DNA of 32,000 nucleotides from an uncultured Clostridia bacterium (GTDB lineage Bacteria; Bacillota; Clostridia; Christensenellales; JAWKQI01): NCBI GenBank assembly GCA_964453645.1, contig CAYVRJ010000011.1, positions 20,294 to 52,293 of the forward strand, read 5' to 3'. Shown piece by piece: positions 8,520 to 15,630 of this stretch (position 1 is its first letter; each line of letters starts with the position of its first letter). The notes under the pieces were generated by a model. It saw only the letters and a program-made list of their open reading frames with translations, ran no database searches and was not told where the DNA came from. The position numbers and the translations under genes were made by a program.

Positions 8520-9224
8520 TTATTCTTCATCGGTCTCGTTGGCCATATAAATTGCGTTCAGACCGAAAATGATTCGATTCATATATTCGTTGTATGCGCG
8601 CACAGCGTGTTCGGGCTGCCGGGCTAACATGTAGTTCATCACTGTGCGGTGGGAGGGGATGGATTGGGTGAGAATCTCTGCTTCTTTATCCTTCATATTC
8701 CATACGCCGGTGGTCTGTTGCAAGAGGTTGTTTGTCATGTGGATGAGCAAGCTGTTCTTTGATATTTCAAGTATTTTTCTGTGAAATTCCAGGTCTAAAT
8801 CGCATTGGCTCTTGTTGTCATAGAATCTACTTTCAATTTTTTCCAACAGTTTGGAAATCTCCTGTAATTCTTCGTCCGAAGCATTTTTGGTGGCCACTTC
8901 GATGGCGTACCCTTCCAGCGCCCTGCGCACTTCAAAATACTCTTTTAACATGCGCAATCTGTACTGGCTCTTTTGTTCACCACCCATATAGGAGTTGTCG
9001 ATTTGCTCCACAAAGATACCCTTGCCGTTGATGACTTTTACCCACCCCTTGGCCTCCATGGTTTTAATCGCCTCTCTCACCGAAGTGCGAGAAGCCCCCA
9101 TACTCTCGGCCATACTCAATTGGGAGGGCAGTGCATCTCCGGGAATGAGCTTGTTGTCGAATATATATTTTTTAATAAGCAAAATGATGTCTTCTTGCAA
9201 ATCGGTACGCGTTAGTTTCTTCAA
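8520..9224 (-). CDS. FadR/GntR family transcriptional regulator (FCD domain)
   Basis: DLQEDIILLIKKYIFDNKLIPGDALPSQLSMAESMGASRTSVREAIKTMEAKGWVKVINGKGIFV, then an FCD domain. The tracked ORF starts at 9329; TTG at 9224 after CAGG is preferred because a palindrome and probable promoter lie at 9261-9300. Confidence 0.85.
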   Translation of the reverse strand: MKKLTRTDLQEDIILLIKKYIFDNKLIPGDALPSQLSMAESMGASRTSVREAIKTMEAKGWVKVINGKGIFVEQIDNSYMGGEQKSQYRLRMLKEYFEVRRALEGYAIEVATKNASDEELQEISKLLEKIESRFYDNKSQCDLDLEFHRKILEISKNSLLIHMTNNLLQQTTGVWNMKDKEAEILTQSIPSHRTVMNYMLARQPEHAVRAYNEYMNRIIFGLNAIYMANETDEE

Positions 9225-9260
9225 TTTGATAACCTGATATTTATTATAATAATTTACCTG

Positions 9261-9279
9261 TAACCTATCATATAGGTTA
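9261..9279. promoter_or_regulatory. Perfect inverted repeat, probable operator for the GntR regulator
   Basis: TAACCTAT-CAT-ATAGGTTA, 8-bp perfect arms, just upstream of the proposed gntR start. Confidence 0.65.
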
Positions 9280-9361
9280 GCACTTCGCCTACCATTTGTC
9301 AACAATTTTTTACTAAAATAGTGAATCAATTTAAAAATAAACCATTTTTGGGTTGTAATGT

Positions 9362-9390
9362 TTGTCGAAATATGGTAATGTGGGTATATA
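9362..9390 (+). promoter_or_regulatory. Putative promoter of small toxin mRNA
   Basis: TTGTCG (9362-9367) - 17 nt - TATATA (9385-9390), immediately before the transcribed 5' arm of the inverted repeat. Confidence 0.5.
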
Positions 9391-9447
9391 AGAGTGCGCC
9401 ACTGGGTGTACGGTCTTGCTCCTCAATCACAAAAGATTGGGGGTGAT

Positions 9448-9540
9448 ATGATGGATATGAATTTAGTAGTAAGTCTGCTTCATCTTCTAGTATCCGTTAT
9501 CGCCTTAATCGTTGCAATAAAGCAACTAAAGAACCGATAA
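9448..9540 (+). CDS. Putative type I toxin peptide, 30-aa hydrophobic single-TM peptide
   Basis: GGGGGTG RBS at 9439-9445. Encodes MMDMNLVVSLLHLLVSVIALIVAIKQLKNR*, a hydrophobic core with a basic tail like TxpA/BsrG/holin-like toxins. Start may be ATG 9448, 9451 or 9457. Below the ORF-track size cut-off. Confidence 0.65.
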   Translation: MMDMNLVVSLLHLLVSVIALIVAIKQLKNR

Positions 9541-9629
9541 TAGCAAGAGCAGCCGTCACTCACACTGATCGGCTGTTCTAAAATTAATCCAATTTTAGGA
9601 GCAGACCGTATCACCACGGTGCACTCTTT
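9480..9629 (-). ncRNA. Putative antisense antitoxin RNA; start about 9629, 3' end not determined
   Basis: Minus-strand promoter TTGACA (9659-9664) - 17 nt - TATAAT (9636-9641) drives transcription into the 3' end of the toxin ORF transcript. No clear rho-independent terminator found, so the 9480 boundary is arbitrary. Confidence 0.55.
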
Positions 9630-9635
9630 GTATTT

Positions 9636-9664
9636 ATTATACAGTTTCCAAATCATTGTGTCAA
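9636..9664 (-). promoter_or_regulatory. Perfect consensus sigma-A promoter antisense to the small hydrophobic ORF
   Basis: TTGACA-N17-TATAAT on the minus strand, positions 9664 to 9636. Confidence 0.88.
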
Positions 9665-9741
9665 CATCTATATCCCTTATCATATGAATAAAAGAACGGT
9701 AGATCACCGCTCATGTTATACTATACATTACAAAAAAACAA

Positions 9742-10623
9742 TCAATGTCTGCTCCGTCCCCTCGGCAGGGATAAAACATCGGGCAGTTCCCCCGACAATA
9801 GGGCCTTAGACAGCGCATCCCGCACAGCATTCACAATACCCACAGAGGTATACGTGGCACCGGAAATGACATCCACATCCAAACTTTGGCCATCCATAAT
9901 CTCTTGGGGAATCACTTGCATGGGCAGGGCATAGAACCGCTCTTGCCGCTCGTTGTGCTGGATGATTTGAATATCTACAATCTTATTTTTCTCAATGACA
10001 ACCGAAACCGTGAGATCGGGGCCGTATCCATCGGCACTGCCCGTATATGTGCCATCAGCTAAGGTAACCCCCTGGATTCCCTCGTTCCACTCCTCCAACG
10101 TTTGGCTTTCGCTTTGGGTCTCTGTTGGTGTTGGCTGAGTGTTGTCGCTCTCCTGCACATGATTTGTTGGTTTTGCAGGGTCATCCACAGGTCTTTCATA
10201 AACAATCTCTTCGTTTTGAGCGCCCAACGCTTGGAACACCCGTATGCCCCCCACATCGATTACATGCACCACAATGCACAGTATAAATAAAACGGTGATG
10301 ATTCGGTGCAACACAATCCAAGTGGATTTCTTTGCAAACATCTTTCTGCACCAGTAATTGAGGCACAACAAAATGGAGAGTACCCACGCAACAGTGCCCA
10401 AATTTAGACTGAAAACTTCTTCGGAGGAGTATAAGCTGTGTAATAATCCAACGGCAATGAGCAATATACTGATGGGAATATGGACTTTTCGCAAGAACAA
10501 GTTTAAGGATTTGAATGCGGGGCTTTTCCCGCTCAACTTTCTTGACACATACTTGAATGCCAAGACAATCGTTAGCAATACACAGAGCCAAGCACTTCCG
10601 TAATTTAAAAGTATCTCACCCAA
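9742..10623 (-). CDS. FMN-binding domain protein with N-terminal multi-TM (ferric-reductase-like) region
   Basis: 293 aa. TM segments with conserved His (KVHIPISILLIAVGLLHSL, VLHRIITVLFILCIVVHVIDV) and C-terminal DVDVISGATYTSVGIVNAVRDALSKAL. Confidence 0.85.
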   Translation of the reverse strand: MGEILLNYGSAWLCVLLTIVLAFKYVSRKLSGKSPAFKSLNLFLRKVHIPISILLIAVGLLHSLYSSEEVFSLNLGTVAWVLSILLCLNYWCRKMFAKKSTWIVLHRIITVLFILCIVVHVIDVGGIRVFQALGAQNEEIVYERPVDDPAKPTNHVQESDNTQPTPTETQSESQTLEEWNEGIQGVTLADGTYTGSADGYGPDLTVSVVIEKNKIVDIQIIQHNERQERFYALPMQVIPQEIMDGQSLDVDVISGATYTSVGIVNAVRDALSKALLSGELPDVLSLPRGRSRH

Positions 10624-10724
10624 AATCAGTCACCCTTATGGTTTTTTATATATAGTAAAACAGTTTAGTGATGGTTCTGTGTTTTTTTTATGAACTTTTC
10701 AGTAAAATAATTTGAATTTTAGTT

Positions 10725-11252
10725 TTAACATCTCCAGTTGACTTTTGCAGGGTTGGGTTCGTCCGCAACAGCCATCACTCTTAAGGCTTCCAGCATATGG
10801 CCGCATTCTTGAGCTGCAATTTCATCGTAGGTTTCTTTACTTTCGGTCAGCCCCACCCGGCTGTAGGCAATGGCTGCGGCAGCATAAAAACACATGCCCA
10901 AACTATGGGTGGGCACGTGGATGCTGGCGGCGGCTTGGCCGATGGCCCGTGCGGCTGCCTGTGTAGCGGGCTGTTCCTCTGCTTCCCGTGCGGCAGCGTG
11001 GGCTTCGAGAATAAACTTCTTTGCAACCGGAAACTTAATCTCACCCTGCAGCCATTGCCGTGCGGCATGAAGCGCCTGTCTGGGGCGCAGATCGTTTGCA
11101 CAGGCCAACTCATAGATGGGCAGGATATGCTCCTGTGCATAACCCATACACCAGTTGCAAATGGTGGTTTTACTCTGGGTTTCAATCAATTCCATCAGCG
11201 CCACAATATAGGGTGCACCGGCAGAACCCAGCATTTTACGCAGTTTCGGCAT
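10725..11252 (-). CDS. Putative immunity protein (Imm-5-like)
   Basis: 175 aa. LACANDLRPRQALHAARQWLQGEIKFPVAKKFILEAHAAAREAEEQPATQAAARAIGQAAASIHVPTHSLGMCFYAAAAIAYSRVG, an Ala-rich Imm-5-like repeat pattern. Confidence 0.65.
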   Translation of the reverse strand: MPKLRKMLGSAGAPYIVALMELIETQSKTTICNWCMGYAQEHILPIYELACANDLRPRQALHAARQWLQGEIKFPVAKKFILEAHAAAREAEEQPATQAAARAIGQAAASIHVPTHSLGMCFYAAAAIAYSRVGLTESKETYDEIAAQECGHMLEALRVMAVADEPNPAKVNWRC

Positions 11253-11277
11253 GGTTTCACTTCCTTAAACAATATGT

Positions 11278-12903
11278 TTATTCGTTCTTCATTTTAAACT
11301 CTGCGAGATGCTGGTAAATCGCTTTCGCTGTGTTGAGTGTTAAAATTTTGTCTTTCAGTTCAGCAGCATCTATTGTATTGATACAGCGAATGGCCTTTTT
11401 CATTTGCAGTAACTTGGAAGGGGTGACGCTGAATTTGCGTATACCCGCACCAATCAAGAAGGGTAACACCAAAGCATCGGAGGCAGCTTCTCCACACACG
11501 CTCACGTCTTTTCCGTTTTTATTGGCAGCTTGCGTAATGGAAACAATGAGCCGGAGTACTGAGGGCTGATAGATGGAATACAACTCTGCTAAGTCGCCGT
11601 TGCCCCTGTCCGCAGCCATGGTGTATTGAATGAGATCGTTGGTGCCAATGGACAAAAAATCCACAATCTTGCACAAATCATCCGCCATCACCGCAGCAGC
11701 AGGGGTTTCCACCATAACACCCAATGAGAAACTTGCCCCTGTGCGCTTCATCATCTCCCGAACTCTCTCAATTTCCTCCACAGTGCTCACCATGGGCACC
11801 ATGACTTTGAGGTTACCCTCAACCCCAGCAAATGCCCTTAGTTGGTTTTCCAACACCTCTGGGTTTTTCAGGCACAGCCGAACGCCCCGCACTCCCAAAT
11901 ACGGGTTTTCCTCCCGGCTCTGGGGCAGATATGGGATGACTTTGTCCGCTCCCGCATCCAACGTTCGAATGGTCACTTCCCGATCGCCAAAGATTTGGGT
12001 CAATTTCGAATAAATATTTCTTTGTTCCTCCACTCCGGGTAAATCTTTTCTGTCTAAAAAAATAAACTCCGAGCGGAACAACCCCACCCCCAAGCTCTCG
12101 CAACGGGCTTCCTCGCCGATCTCCTGCAAGCTTCCCAAGTTGCACAAAAGTTTTATATCCACCCCATCGGCAGTTTTGGGGGCTACTCCCCTGTATTTTT
12201 CCAAAAGAGACAGTTCTGCTTCATCGTTTCTCTTTTGTTCTTCCAAGGTTTTTAAGTCGGTTTTGTTTAAGTCATAGAACACTTGCCCAGTCTTTCCGTT
12301 TACAACAACGGTCTCTCCCTCCGGAATATCCCCCATGCCCAACACGCCAATGACACAGGGTATATTGAGGGAACGGGCTAATATACAGGCGTGGGAGGTT
12401 TCCCCTCCCCCCTCCATGGCTAGCCCTTGAATGGTCTCTTTGTTCTCCAGTATTTGAGATGGAAAGATTTCCTGGCCAATTAAAATGCCCTGGAGTTTCC
12501 TCTCCCCTCCGCCTTCCATAAGGTCAAACAGTTGGTTTTCAATATCTTCAATATCCGAAGCTCTGGCCGCAAAGTATTCGTCCTGCATATTTTTAAAGGC
12601 AGATGCCAACTCCCCTGCCACGCTGTGCAGGGCATACCCGGCGTTTACCCCCTCGGTTTTGATTTTTTGCACCACTGCATCACAAAACTCCGGGCTTTTT
12701 AACATAAACAGCTGTGCGGTGGCAATATCCGAACCCTTGGCCGAAAGTTCCCCCGAGAGTGTAACGGCAGCTTGGGTAAAGACGTTTACCTCCAACTCCA
12801 CGTGGCTGACCATGGATTTTTCAATGGTATAAGCCGTTGTGCAACGACTTGCAGTCCCAATGGCGATGCCGGGGTGCACCCCTTTGCCGGATAGTACTTT
12901 CAT
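11278..12903 (-). CDS. ptsI: Phosphoenolpyruvate-protein phosphotransferase (PTS enzyme I), operon-specific paralog
   Basis: AMEGGGETSHACILARSLNIPCVIG (phospho-His domain), TIRTLDAGADK, SIGTNDLIQYTMAADR, VSVCGEAASD. Tracked start is 12915, but ATG at 12903 has GGAG 8 nt upstream. Confidence 0.93.
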   Translation of the reverse strand: MKVLSGKGVHPGIAIGTASRCTTAYTIEKSMVSHVELEVNVFTQAAVTLSGELSAKGSDIATAQLFMLKSPEFCDAVVQKIKTEGVNAGYALHSVAGELASAFKNMQDEYFAARASDIEDIENQLFDLMEGGGERKLQGILIGQEIFPSQILENKETIQGLAMEGGGETSHACILARSLNIPCVIGVLGMGDIPEGETVVVNGKTGQVFYDLNKTDLKTLEEQKRNDEAELSLLEKYRGVAPKTADGVDIKLLCNLGSLQEIGEEARCESLGVGLFRSEFIFLDRKDLPGVEEQRNIYSKLTQIFGDREVTIRTLDAGADKVIPYLPQSREENPYLGVRGVRLCLKNPEVLENQLRAFAGVEGNLKVMVPMVSTVEEIERVREMMKRTGASFSLGVMVETPAAAVMADDLCKIVDFLSIGTNDLIQYTMAADRGNGDLAELYSIYQPSVLRLIVSITQAANKNGKDVSVCGEAASDALVLPFLIGAGIRKFSVTPSKLLQMKKAIRCINTIDAAELKDKILTLNTAKAIYQHLAEFKMKNE

Positions 12904-12962
12904 GTAACACTCCATTCTGTCGTTTCATTTATGATATAAATAATCATTAAAGAATCTTTCAT
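12900..12962 (-). CDS. 20-aa leader ORF overlapping the enzyme I start (ATGA)
   Basis: GGAGCTTTAC ATG ... encodes MKDSLMIIYIINETTEWSVT*, with the TGA overlapping ATG of enzyme I. Created by the 59-bp duplication. Confidence 0.4.
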   Translation of the reverse strand: MKDSLMIIYIINETTEWSVT

Positions 12963-13018
12963 GTAAAGCTCCATTCTGTCGCTTCATTTATGATATAAAT
13001 AGTCATTAATGGGTCTTT
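12901..13018. repeat. Two tandem copies of a 59-bp unit between HPr and enzyme I genes
   Basis: 12901-12959 catgtaacactccattctgtcgtttcatttatgatataaataatcattaaagaatcttt versus 12960-13018 catgtaaagctccattctgtcgcttcatttatgatataaatagtcattaatgggtcttt; 7 mismatches in 59. Confidence 0.95.
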
Positions 13019-13278
13019 CACAAAAAAATACCCTGAAGGGCTGCGGTAAGCTCTTTTGCTGCCTGTTCCTCGTCACTTCCTTCGATGTTTATTAAAACAG
13101 TGCCGTTTCCCTTGATGCCCAGCATCATAATGGAAATGGCAGATTTTGCGTTGCCCGTCTTTTCCCCTGCAACAATAGACATCTCCGAACTGTATTTGCT
13201 CAGCAGCTCCACAAGGTTTGCCGCCGGTCGGGCGTGCAGCCCCGATGGATCTTGAATGTTAAATTCGATTGTTTTCAT
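13018..13278 (-). CDS. HPr family phosphocarrier protein
   Basis: 86 aa. MKTIEFNIQDPSGLHARPAANLVELLSKY...GNAKSAISIMMLGIKGNGTVLINIEGSDEEQAAKEL; active-site His in GLHARPA. Confidence 0.95.
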   Translation of the reverse strand: MKTIEFNIQDPSGLHARPAANLVELLSKYSSEMSIVAGEKTGNAKSAISIMMLGIKGNGTVLINIEGSDEEQAAKELTAALQGIFL

Positions 13279-13289
13279 AATTCACCTCT

Positions 13290-14492
13290 TTATGTTAGAT
13301 CAATGGAGTCTCCCCACTCGGGGGCACTTACATTAAAGTATTGACAAACTGTTGCACCCATGTCAGAAAGAGTCTTTCTCACCCCAACCTCTGTGATGCT
13401 GGGAGCCGTATGACCCTTGATATGGGCGATAAACGGTGTGTACTCCCGGGTGTGGGCCGAAAAATCCATGGTCGGGTCGTTTCCGTGATCCCCGCCGATC
13501 ATCAGCATATCCCCTTCGTTCAGTTCTTCCAGCAGCTTGGGGATAAACGCATCCAACTTTGCTAAAACATTTATGTAACTCTTCACATCCCCCACATGGC
13601 CGAACAGATCGGTTTGTTGCAGGGTGGCACAGATAAACCCATGGTCTTTTTTTGTAATATCTACTATCTCCTCAAGAATTTCATGGGTTTGCACCAGAGA
13701 TTTGCGATAGGTCACCTCTCCGTCTATGACATCGGCCATTTTACCCAGCAGATACACGGGGATGCCAACACCCTCTAAAATCGTGTGGCACTGCCGCTTG
13801 GGGTCTACACCATACCCCATGTGGCACACCTTGTATGCATCGTTATATACCTTGAGCTTGGGGGTATCGATCCCCGAATAGGCTCCGTCGGCAATCATGG
13901 CGTCTAACAGGTCCTGCCGGCTCACGTTCACCCCGCCAAAGGCAATCACCCTGTTGTTTTTCACAATACCCCGCACAATTCTACCTATGTTCAGGATGGT
14001 TTCAAAGGAGAGGAGATCAAAGGCCCCTGTGATGTTGATGACCTGCCCCCTGTCCGTCTCCATGTTGTCTGCAACAACAGCACCTCCGTTCACCATGAGG
14101 GCACTGCCATCCATTTCGTCCACACAGTATCCCGCATCTGTCAACGCCTTTTTCACCACTTGGCTCATGGCGCGCATGCCCATGTTCACGGGGGTTTTGG
14201 GCTTGTTGCCCAAAATTTCGTTGTGCCCCTCGTATGAATCTGCACCGCTGTGTTTGAGGGCACACTTGCCAACATAGGTTTTTCCAAAAAAGGTTGGGAT
14301 GATGTCTTTTCCAAGGAATAGATTCATCCCCAAAGCCCCCAGGTTTTTAAGATCGACCTGTTGGTGAAACACAGCGTGGGCAAAGGAATTTGCACCCAAG
14401 CTCTGTGGGCGAACCTGTGCACAATCCTCCATGGCGCCCACCCCCAGCCCATCGGCTACGATCAACACAAGCTTTTTCTTATTATGCGCCAT
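13290..14492 (-). CDS. yhfW: YhfW family metalloenzyme (phosphopentomutase/alkaline phosphatase superfamily)
   Basis: KKLVLIVADGLGVGAMEDC...HSGADSYEGHNEILG...MIGGDHGNDPTMDFSAHTREYTPFI. Start MAHNKK at 14492 has GGGGAG 9 nt upstream; tracked start is 14522. Gene context matches yhf. Confidence 0.85.
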   Translation of the reverse strand: MAHNKKKLVLIVADGLGVGAMEDCAQVRPQSLGANSFAHAVFHQQVDLKNLGALGMNLFLGKDIIPTFFGKTYVGKCALKHSGADSYEGHNEILGNKPKTPVNMGMRAMSQVVKKALTDAGYCVDEMDGSALMVNGGAVVADNMETDRGQVINITGAFDLLSFETILNIGRIVRGIVKNNRVIAFGGVNVSRQDLLDAMIADGAYSGIDTPKLKVYNDAYKVCHMGYGVDPKRQCHTILEGVGIPVYLLGKMADVIDGEVTYRKSLVQTHEILEEIVDITKKDHGFICATLQQTDLFGHVGDVKSYINVLAKLDAFIPKLLEELNEGDMLMIGGDHGNDPTMDFSAHTREYTPFIAHIKGHTAPSITEVGVRKTLSDMGATVCQYFNVSAPEWGDSIDLT

Positions 14493-15630
14493 ACATCTCA
14501 TCTCCCCGCTTGTCGAATACACCTAGGAGTCGGGGGTTGGATGACACGTGATCCACCACGGCGATGTGTGCGTTGACCATAAATATTTGGGTTCGAAAGG
14601 CGTATATCACAGGTGCGCCGGGTTTACCCGTGTAGCGAATGGGTGCGTAGTAGTCGATATTACCCGGTTCAATGCCAAACGCCTCCACTTTATGCGCTGT
14701 GTTATTTTCCCACACCAACGCCTTTTTAATATTCCCTCGGCTATAGAATCCACCGCCAAATACATACCCCAAGCCGTCAAAGTTGTGGGATAGTTCGGTT
14801 AAGTAGAGCATACACGGTTTTTGAACACAATTGTCGTCCACACCGTTGATATAGGTGGTGCCCGTAAATGCATGTCCGGGTTCCAACTGGGTCACACCGC
14901 CCTCAACCGCCTGTTTCATCATTTCGCTGCAACTGCCCCCCGGGGCGTTGATGACCTTGATGTCAAACCCCTCTGCCCTGAGGTATTCTGCCCCCTTGAG
15001 CAGGGTTTGAAAATTGGGCGTGGAGGTACACAACCCCTTTTTGTCCACCACAAAGCAGGGAAATGCCGTGACCCCCGCAATGGGAATATTCTTGAGCTGT
15101 TCAATCTTTTTTGCCCAGTCAACCAGCTCTTCTAATTGAAAGCCGCAGTGCTGCCCTGGATAAATCAAATCTTCTTTTCCCGTCACCCGGAGTAAAATCT
15201 TTTGCTCACCCGTTGCCCCGTCGGAAATTTTTTTTGCATTGTCGTAATCCACAACGGTGATATAATCGGGTTTCATGGCCAGTATCCGGCTCAAGTAATA
15301 GTTTGGAATTTGCACCAAGTGCCCCACGTGGCCAATTTGAATGCCCTGCCTGTAGAGAATTTCCGCCTCTTCTGGGTTGACGGCCACTGCCTTTTCTATA
15401 CCCGCATCGGCTATGGCACGGCAAATCAGTGGGTTGCGGCCAAACTGCTTGGTCATCATAAAAAGCTCTAGTCCAAACCCATGGGCATCGCTCTGTAAAC
15501 TCTTTGCGTTTTTCCGAATCCCTTCCAGATCGATCACATAGGTATTGGGGGGAAGCATTTTGTGCTTGTGAGCATATACGGCCCAGTCGATTAACGCTTG
15601 ATTGCGGGCACACAGTGTATCTAAAAACAT
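14482..15630 (-). CDS. yhfX: YhfX family PLP-dependent enzyme (alanine racemase N-terminal fold)
   Basis: 382 aa. NTYVIDLEGIRKNAKSLQSDAHGFGLELFMMTKQFGRNPLICRAIADAGIEKAVAVNPEEAEILYRQGIQIGHVGHLVQIP. Confidence 0.85.
   Translation of the reverse strand: MFLDTLCARNQALIDWAVYAHKHKMLPPNTYVIDLEGIRKNAKSLQSDAHGFGLELFMMTKQFGRNPLICRAIADAGIEKAVAVNPEEAEILYRQGIQIGHVGHLVQIPNYYLSRILAMKPDYITVVDYDNAKKISDGATGEQKILLRVTGKEDLIYPGQHCGFQLEELVDWAKKIEQLKNIPIAGVTAFPCFVVDKKGLCTSTPNFQTLLKGAEYLRAEGFDIKVINAPGGSCSEMMKQAVEGGVTQLEPGHAFTGTTYINGVDDNCVQKPCMLYLTELSHNFDGLGYVFGGGFYSRGNIKKALVWENNTAHKVEAFGIEPGNIDYYAPIRYTGKPGAPVIYAFRTQIFMVNAHIAVVDHVSSNPRLLGVFDKRGDEMYGA

Noticed and set aside
9546-9579. Rho-independent terminator at the AGAGCAGCCG/CGGCTGTTCT stem
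   Set aside because: The stem is good, but neither strand has a following T-tract (AAAATTAATCC on plus). Treated as a structural element of the toxin RNA rather than a terminator.
9480-9707. 75-aa minus-strand ORF MIYRSFIHMIRDIDVDTMIWKLYNKYKE...
   Set aside because: It is antisense to the toxin ORF, begins upstream of the strong promoter at 9636-9664 and has no family signal. The region is better explained as antisense RNA plus promoter.
10797-11297. 166-aa plus-strand ORF opposite the Imm-5-like gene
   Set aside because: Antisense shadow of a GC-rich Ala/Arg gene with no recognisable domain or RBS.
12901-13018. Possible CRISPR or mobile-element terminal repeats
   Set aside because: Only two directly adjacent 59-bp units without spacers and without adjacent cas or transposase genes; a simple tandem duplication.
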